Positions 62,101-64,000 of a stretch of DNA of 64,000 bases are shown piece by piece. Positions within the stretch are counted from its first letter, which is position 1. Every line of letters starts with the position of its first letter. A model generated the notes under the pieces. It searched no databases. It was not told the origin of the DNA and was given only the letters and a program-made list of their open reading frames with translations. The DNA lies in the NCBI GenBank assembly GCA_964199315.1, contig OZ116699.1:5766001-5830000 (forward strand). The letters run 5' to 3'. The position numbers and the translations under genes were made by a program. The stretch is from Orbicella franksi. Lineage: Eukaryota.

Positions 62101-62763
62101 AAGGTTTGATTGGTCGCATTAACATAAAATTGTCATCTATTAGAAAATACACTGTGAGAAACAATTGTGCAAGCAACTAAGCTGTACTTTTGCAATTCAA
62201 TAGAAATACAGAACTACAATGTGTCATGAGTACTCTGTTAACACGATAAACTTGAAAATTTGGGAGTACTCACACAAACTGAGGAAACTCGCCCAGGTAA
62301 GGCTCAAGTTCCCTCAATAGAGATATGGAAAATGGTTCCTAATCCTCTCAATAATTAATTGCACTTACTTGTTCCTCTAATCTGCCCGTGAAGTGATTTT
62401 ATATTTCTTCCAACTTGAATCACATGCCCAGCTATTCCTTCAAAACCTGTTCCATTAATATTCAATGTGAAGTTGGCATTTGTGGACACTGGAATGAGCA
62501 CAGCAGCATGCAAAACTACATCCTCTCCAATGGTGACAACCATCAAGTCTTGTGTTGGATGGGGCACATTGCTACTAACAACTGAGAGAGCAGATGGAAT
62601 CACCTGCTTAATCTCAATTATCCGTGTATCAACACATTCTAATGGCAACCATCCTTTGCGAGTGTATTCCAGGGTTAAGTAGTTGTCATGGTAGCTACCT
62701 GCAGTCACAGAGGGTTTGATTTGATTGGACAGGTGTCCGTACACCCAAGAAGATGAATTGAAC
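30997..62763 (-). CDS. EVC2: EVC2/limbin-like single-pass membrane protein with a very large beta-sandwich ectodomain (37 exons in window, 5'-incomplete, at least ~1,880 aa)
   Basis: All 36 junctions are GT-AG and phase-consistent, with no internal stops. TM segment VFGFFALGVLLGLLVGAVIAAILVLLVL. Cytoplasmic LDVQSTVALDVDLETQRQNMFIKALKLLARKL..ISSEQENK and LNSEDAAVYLERFRKEVEVVDNKLAKDRKRQEQKLHQKL align with my recollection of human EVC2 (LEIATLNRADADLEACR..LSPQVERK; LDEDQMEMLLERAQTEV..KL..D.K..KKKLHQKL). EVC versus EVC2 is not tested. Confidence 0.65.
32728..32797. mobile_element. Tiny hairpin MITE (CCTCGTTCCCAGGGTCTCTC family)
   Basis: CCCAGGGTCTCTCATCTT and AAGATGAGAGACCCTGGG inverted arms; TSD not resolved. 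Confidence 0.65.
33305..33376 (-). CDS. EVC2-like exon
   Basis: RPSALEARIRRASAAPITTPPPI; phase 2 to 2. Confidence 0.72.
33824..33910 (-). CDS. EVC2-like exon
   Basis: SSNEIDELLSKIYGPGHTKESKQTSLDP; phase 2 to 2. Confidence 0.75.
34053..34111. mobile_element. 59-bp MITE, CAACCTCGTTCCC TIR, 9-bp TSD
   Basis: CAACCTCGTTCCCAGG and CGGGAACGAGGTTG; flanks TACCAAACG and TACCAAACA. Confidence 0.78.
34298..34386 (-). CDS. EVC2-like exon
   Basis: NIKLISILVQQGKLQEEELESVLKFLFPA; phase 0 to 2. Confidence 0.78.
35065..35259 (-). CDS. EVC2-like exon
   Basis: DELSQYMSNLNVNNMAMKLRKAAMKARHQKELNDLRTRMQKE...AVEEQ; phase 0 to 0. Confidence 0.85.
35812..35877 (-). CDS. EVC2-like exon
   Basis: VLRERLQQRMKQREETLVLKQK; phase 0 to 0. 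Confidence 0.78.
36409..36622. repeat. Minisatellite built on a GGGGATTATCACCCC core (~20/40-bp period)
   Basis: Repeated GG(G)ATTATCACCCC(C)T and GAGTATCC/TACCCTTGGG units. Confidence 0.75.
36862..36915 (-). CDS. EVC2-like exon
   Basis: DTKNLEENLKLQKEKQEQ; phase 0 to 0. Confidence 0.75.
37488..37613 (-). CDS. EVC2-like exon
   Basis: ISKIAMQQQALGQLQAGLVDELESKGTFKDPETQKIMEKYQK; phase 0 to 0. Confidence 0.82.
38195..38810 (+). mobile_element. 5'-truncated CR1/L2-type LINE (3' end of ORF2, UTR and A-rich tail)
   Basis: Open frame 38200-38619 YKVRLIKLKLLPLNYWLEYLDLVFFFKC...FRDFYFNRITLIWNSLAENIKDSDTISSFKSKLK...CPKC...CTC*, followed by an AATAAT tail near 38790-38810. Confidence 0.85.
38962..39063 (-). 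CDS. EVC2-like exon
   Basis: VREEMLAERSKRLEEHHEKLGAIIAKLQIEKAKQ; phase 0 to 0. Confidence 0.85.
39553..39678 (-). CDS. EVC2-like exon
   Basis: DRDYGDKILVEGEDIEMIKKHEQEKMAAMKEDELQIEDEMEA; phase 0 to 0. Confidence 0.8.
40152..40260 (-). CDS. EVC2-like exon
   Basis: LTLNKLRQRQMLEDKLAERRKRRMQQLEQKQMNETK; phase 2 to 0. Confidence 0.85.
40759..40851 (-). CDS. EVC2-like exon
   Basis: DLIVNQVAMSEEERDRIIQEHERNLAELES; phase 2 to 2. Confidence 0.82.
41020..41117 (-). CDS. EVC2-like exon
   Basis: KRLEKQRAALEKKMKEEQAEQAEVRKQEDKIV; phase 0 to 2. Confidence 0.78.
41310..41468. repeat. Palindromic interspersed repeat
   Basis: AATATA(TA)TCAAACAG and CTGTTTGATATATT ends, plus inner CAAACACC..GAAG and CTTC..GGTGTTTG arms. 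Confidence 0.6.
41683..41792 (-). CDS. EVC2-like exon
   Basis: LSESEKEAILERHMADVAMQQDAREQERRRQREMLE; phase 1 to 0. Confidence 0.82.
42004..42076. repeat. Perfect 35-bp inverted repeat with 3-nt loop
   Basis: TTCGACTGTTAGATCTACAGTCTTCGACGGGTAAA-ATC-TTTACCCGTCGAAGACTGTAGATCTAACAGTCGAA. Confidence 0.95.
42148..42250 (-). CDS. EVC2-like exon
   Basis: AAEEVETLRDQQLREGNQMIKNNVQKMYQELVNK; phase 0 to 1. Confidence 0.82.
42672..42760 (-). CDS. EVC2-like exon
   Basis: TVAAISEKQKMLQKQRQEIEEIERNSDRE; phase 1 to 0. Confidence 0.82.
43150..43338. mobile_element. MITE, TAGAGCG(A/G)TTT..AA.TGA.TGTCG.AAA TIR family
   Basis: Inverted termini; related sequence at ~52560-52785 and ~55147-55438. Confidence 0.6.
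43467..43539 (-). CDS. EVC2-like exon
   Basis: AREHQRQMKEFEDQQDEKFEQVEI; phase 0 to 1. Confidence 0.82.
43750..43909 (-). CDS. EVC2-like exon
   Basis: SSNLNSEDAAVYLERFRKEVEVVDNKLAKDRKRQEQKLHQKLTALKQKRIEEK; phase 2 to 0. Confidence 0.88.
44105..44184 (-). CDS. EVC2-like exon
   Basis: QEEEERKKKDLGKLEENQAEALENLV; phase 0 to 2. Confidence 0.82.
44278..44427 (-). mobile_element. tRNA-derived SINE (3'-truncated)
   Basis: TGGCCTCATGGTTAG...GGGTTCGAGCCC...GGGCAAGACA. Confidence 0.8.
44485..44709 (-). CDS. EVC2-like exon
   Basis: EVSISKRFALKESQNKLIQDLIKDSKLNEEQASAIMKNH...MALEMRLAERRALARQK; phase 0 to 0. Confidence 0.88.
44805..45800. repeat. ~103-106-bp satellite, ~9 units, intronic
   Basis: GTGTGACCATTCAAATGAAAGCTA(T/C)TGAGCAGTACTTTCATGTGGT.CTGTTT..CAAGGTGGTTCTAAC recurs (for example 44859, 45150, 45263, 45472, 45578, 45681); an isolated fragment lies at ~34660-34720. 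Confidence 0.9.
45851..45964 (-). CDS. EVC2-like exon
   Basis: REKKNILELLKRRQDAQEQELKQNLKLEQHVEMEKLRK; phase 0 to 0. Confidence 0.82.
46688..46768 (-). CDS. EVC2-like exon
   Basis: SRLDALHREQRKEREETENKIKGLVNE; phase 0 to 0. Confidence 0.78.
46874..46981 (-). CDS. EVC2-like exon
   Basis: FGLEIKQAIGAVAFKMAAEYKRKSAELRNRLQKEGK; phase 0 to 0. Confidence 0.8.
47281..47580. repeat. ~31-bp CpG-rich minisatellite, ~10 copies
   Basis: Unit TGCTACACGCGCGCGCATGTTGCACTGTCTT. Confidence 0.9.
47754..47889 (-). CDS. EVC2-like exon (EVC2_like core)
   Basis: LDVQSTVALDVDLETQRQNMFIKALKLLARKLRVKREISSEQENK; phase 2 to 0. Confidence 0.85.
48008..48435. mobile_element. Kolobok-like MITE
   Basis: TTAA|GGTGGCTCTCCATAG and CTATGGAGCCACC|TTAA. 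Confidence 0.72.
48959..49036 (-). CDS. EVC2-like exon
   Basis: IVQTDESIVPILSLDNASQTEKELN; phase 2 to 2. Confidence 0.8.
   Translation of the reverse strand, partial: HCSNRRKHCSYSVTGQRLSNRERVK
49301..49663. mobile_element. PIF/Harbinger MITE (GG...GTCCACACTA family)
   Basis: GGTCTTGTCCACACTA and TAGTGTGGACGGGTCC; repeated TTTGAAAACG motifs; TSD imperfect. Confidence 0.75.
49701..49810 (-). CDS. EVC2-like exon
   Basis: RFTNTTTMTVLTGGSQYIYHGDELPDSKPVETHKET; phase 0 to 2. Confidence 0.75.
50289..50420 (-). CDS. EVC2-like exon (transmembrane)
   Basis: RRKVFGFFALGVLLGLLVGAVIAAILVLLVLKCCDKGKVAPYYT|GTAAGG. Confidence 0.88.
50523..50775 (+). mobile_element. tRNA-derived SINE
   Basis: TAGCCTCATAGTTAG, GGGTTCGAGCCC, body and CTAGTCGCTTCATGCTACAGAAA tail. 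Confidence 0.82.
51499..51806. mobile_element. PIF/Harbinger MITE (same family as 49301)
   Basis: TGA|GGTCCCGTACACAC and GTGTGAACAGGGCC|TGA; 3-bp TSD. Confidence 0.8.
51873..51950 (-). CDS. EVC2-like exon (juxtamembrane)
   Basis: TTTTTATTTGACAG|LNSLTYRLSSDTSTGCLQRNDVNEPE|GTAAGG; phase 0 to 0. Confidence 0.6.
52095..52250. repeat. Palindromic interspersed repeat with GCCTGCGGC apex
   Basis: TTACTGAACTAG and CTTTAGTTCAATAA ends; TTATGGACCTAGCCTGCGGCTTGGCCCATAA centre. Confidence 0.6.
52799..52849 (-). CDS. EVC2-like exon (ectodomain)
   Basis: EPATLRVPAEVSWKSVQ; phase 0 to 0. Confidence 0.7.
53091..53240. repeat. (CTGT)n/(CTAT)n microsatellite
   Basis: About 11 uninterrupted CTGT units followed by degenerate units. 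Confidence 0.85.
53427..53479 (-). CDS. EVC2-like exon (ectodomain)
   Basis: GEARSFIYVARFKVDEK; phase 1 to 0. Confidence 0.7.
53786..53999 (-). CDS. EVC2-like exon (ectodomain)
   Basis: ILQGNMDSPLILFNVTVSHANDSLYDARNLTVTDS...; phase 0 to 1. Confidence 0.85.
54739..55102 (-). CDS. EVC2-like exon (ectodomain, contains RVKR)
   Basis: SRVKRNAGVVYAL...PLLSIVKTVE; phase 2 to 0. Confidence 0.88.
55569..56215 (-). CDS. EVC2-like exon (ectodomain, contains RKRR)
   Basis: GTFLTFRPDPFVTVSF...GDRVEYDLTLEN...GDPVNFTLHLQLP...SRKRRDVTR; phase 0 to 2. Confidence 0.9.
57529..57739 (-). CDS. EVC2-like exon (ectodomain)
   Basis: YNNVDNNVLVYEISNDLPLGQSVSFQYKAT...GRKYEENSDQ; phase 2 to 0. Confidence 0.85.
58075..58452 (-). 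mobile_element. Internally deleted L2-type LINE fragment
   Basis: NSDIYTASKKLNFYLFADDTNI (RT catalytic FADD motif) joined to a C-terminal RIGAKLWNEIPSSLRELPKQSFK...EDSFIEVHKII. Confidence 0.75.
58450..58858. repeat. Inverted-repeat element plus ~140-bp hairpin with GGCTTTGCC apex
   Basis: TTATACCTCCCAACTCAAA and TTTGAGTTAGGAGGTATAA; then CACTTAATGACTGG...AATGTTCCC-TCGGCTTTGCCTCA-GGGAACATTG...CCAGTCATTAACTG. Confidence 0.65.
59435..59679 (-). CDS. EVC2-like exon (ectodomain)
   Basis: IIEPDLSVTVSVDQTSEVQLDHDLTFTVQLHHSKRSTSPAF...; phase 0 to 2. Confidence 0.85.
60011..60208 (-). mobile_element. tRNA-derived SINE (5'-truncated)
   Basis: GGGTTCGAGCCCTGGC..GACATTGTGTTGTGTTCTTGAGCAAGACACTT body on the minus strand. 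Confidence 0.78.
60949..61163 (-). CDS. EVC2-like exon (ectodomain)
   Basis: NLTATGANVGGNLGTVVNVGNFSQSSGDNVIEYQATMRAVD...LLLK; phase 1 to 0. Confidence 0.85.
61762..62079. mobile_element. Young 318-bp MITE, long TAGCCTGCGAACGCAGACG TIRs, perfect 9-bp TSD
   Basis: TIR TAGCCTGCGAACGCAGACGTATTTCC, with imperfect symmetry extending ~100 bp; GCTGGTATA at 61753-61761 and 62080-62088. Confidence 0.92.
62369..62763 (-). CDS. EVC2-like exon (ectodomain; first in window)
   Basis: TTTAG|G..FNSSSWVYGHLSNQ...GQIRGT A|GTAAGT; phase 2 to 1. Confidence 0.85.
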
Positions 62764-63194
62764 CTAAAGATAAACAATTAAGAATCATTTTAGGCTAATC
62801 AACATAACCACGGCATGGATAACGACTTATAATCTGTAGGCCTCTACTGTCCTGCATCCTCAATGTTACATGGTCATTGGGAAGAAACAAGTAAAGGAAC
62901 CCACACCCTTAATTATGTGCATCTAGTTAACTGATGTCTGGTTACCGCCTGGGTTGACCATTTCTTTAGGAGTCATCATTATTAGGCAATCTCTACATGT
63001 ATATGTGGAGCTGTCTGTTTGCACATTAACAACTGGGGCACTCATCTGTTATAATTCTCGAGGAAAAAGGTGGCGTCAGATTCATGCCGAGGGTTTGAAG
63101 CCACTTACATGTACATAACTATGTAATCAGAAGTCCCATGTACAGTAACTGTTGTACTTACAATATATCACAAACATGTACAGTACATAATGTA

Positions 63195-63470
63195 GAAGGC
63201 GTGGTGGCCTCGTGGTTATTGCATTCATCTCTGGATTGAGCGGTCTAGGTTCATGTCCTGGCCAGGGACATTGCATTGTGTTCTTAGGCAAGACACTTTA
63301 CTCTCACATCGCCTCTCCCCACCCAGGTGTATAAATGGGTAACCGCAAACTTAATGCTGGGGGTAACCCTGTGATGAACTAGCATCCCATCCAGGGAGGA
63401 GAAGAAATACTCCTTTAGAGTCGCTTCAATTGCTACAGAAACCAGGATAAGCTCTGGCCTGATGGGCCAC
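63195..63470 (+). mobile_element. tRNA-derived SINE (near full length)
   Basis: GGCGTGGTGGCCTCGTGGTTA...AGGTTCATGTCC...AGTCGCTTC..TGCTACAGAAACCAGGATAAGCTCTGGCCTGATGGGCCACT. Confidence 0.82.
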
Positions 63471-63496
63471 TTCCCCTGCGAAATAAATTCCCAGTA

Positions 63497-63770
63497 GTCT
63501 GGGAATTCCTAGGAATTCCTAGGAATTCCTAGGAATTCCAAGTTATTCCAAGACATGCAAATTATGCTTTATCCAAGACCTTGGAATTTCTGGGAATATT
63601 TGGGAATAGTGGAAGTATGACTGGGAATTATTGGGAATTCCTAGGAATTCCAAGTTATTCCAAGCCATGCAAATTATGCTTAATCCAAGACCTTGGAATT
63701 TCTGGGAATATTTGGGAATAGTGAAAAGTATGACTGGAAATTATTGGGAATTCCTAGGAACTCCTATTAT
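63497..63770. repeat. GGAATTCCTA microrepeat with a ~110-bp duplication
   Basis: (GGAATTCCTA)n; 63530-63640 is similar to 63640-63750. Confidence 0.8.
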
Positions 63771-64000
63771 TTCCCAGACTGTTTTAAAAAATGTGTTTGA
63801 AATATCTAGGAATTTTTGGGAATAGCTAAAAAAAACTTTAAATATTGTTGGAAATTTCTATAAATTTCCCAAAATGTCAAAATTAAAGATGAACTCAGTG
63901 CATGAATCAGTTTCTGTGAATTAGTAAAAATCAACACGATCATTTCTCTGGCGTTCCATATCTTTTTATTGTTGTCAAGCTCCAAGATAATTATTTCCAA

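Overview
AT-rich, intron-containing animal DNA; the repeat landscape suggests a stony coral or other anthozoan (inference). Two spliced genes can be built by hand with consistent GT-AG sites and exon phases, and the ORF track largely misses both. (1) Plus strand, 14792-24517: a predicted secreted protein made of a signal-peptide exon, six tandem fibronectin type II (FN2) exons that carry an extra cysteine pair, and a basic terminal exon. (2) Minus strand, from beyond 62763 to 30997: 37 exons and at least ~1,880 aa. It is a single-pass membrane protein whose long cytoplasmic coiled coil resembles EVC2/limbin. Its ectodomain (at least 820 aa) is built from beta-sandwich modules resembling bacterial DUF11/fimbrial repeats and contains two furin-type sites. 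About 2.7-13.3 kb is a nine-copy mosaic tandem array of unknown origin with higher-order duplications. The remainder is MITEs (Harbinger-, Kolobok- and 9-bp-TSD types), five tRNA-derived SINE copies, two LINE 3' fragments, satellites, minisatellites and hairpin repeats. All homology calls come from motif reading and recalled sequences; no database search was run.
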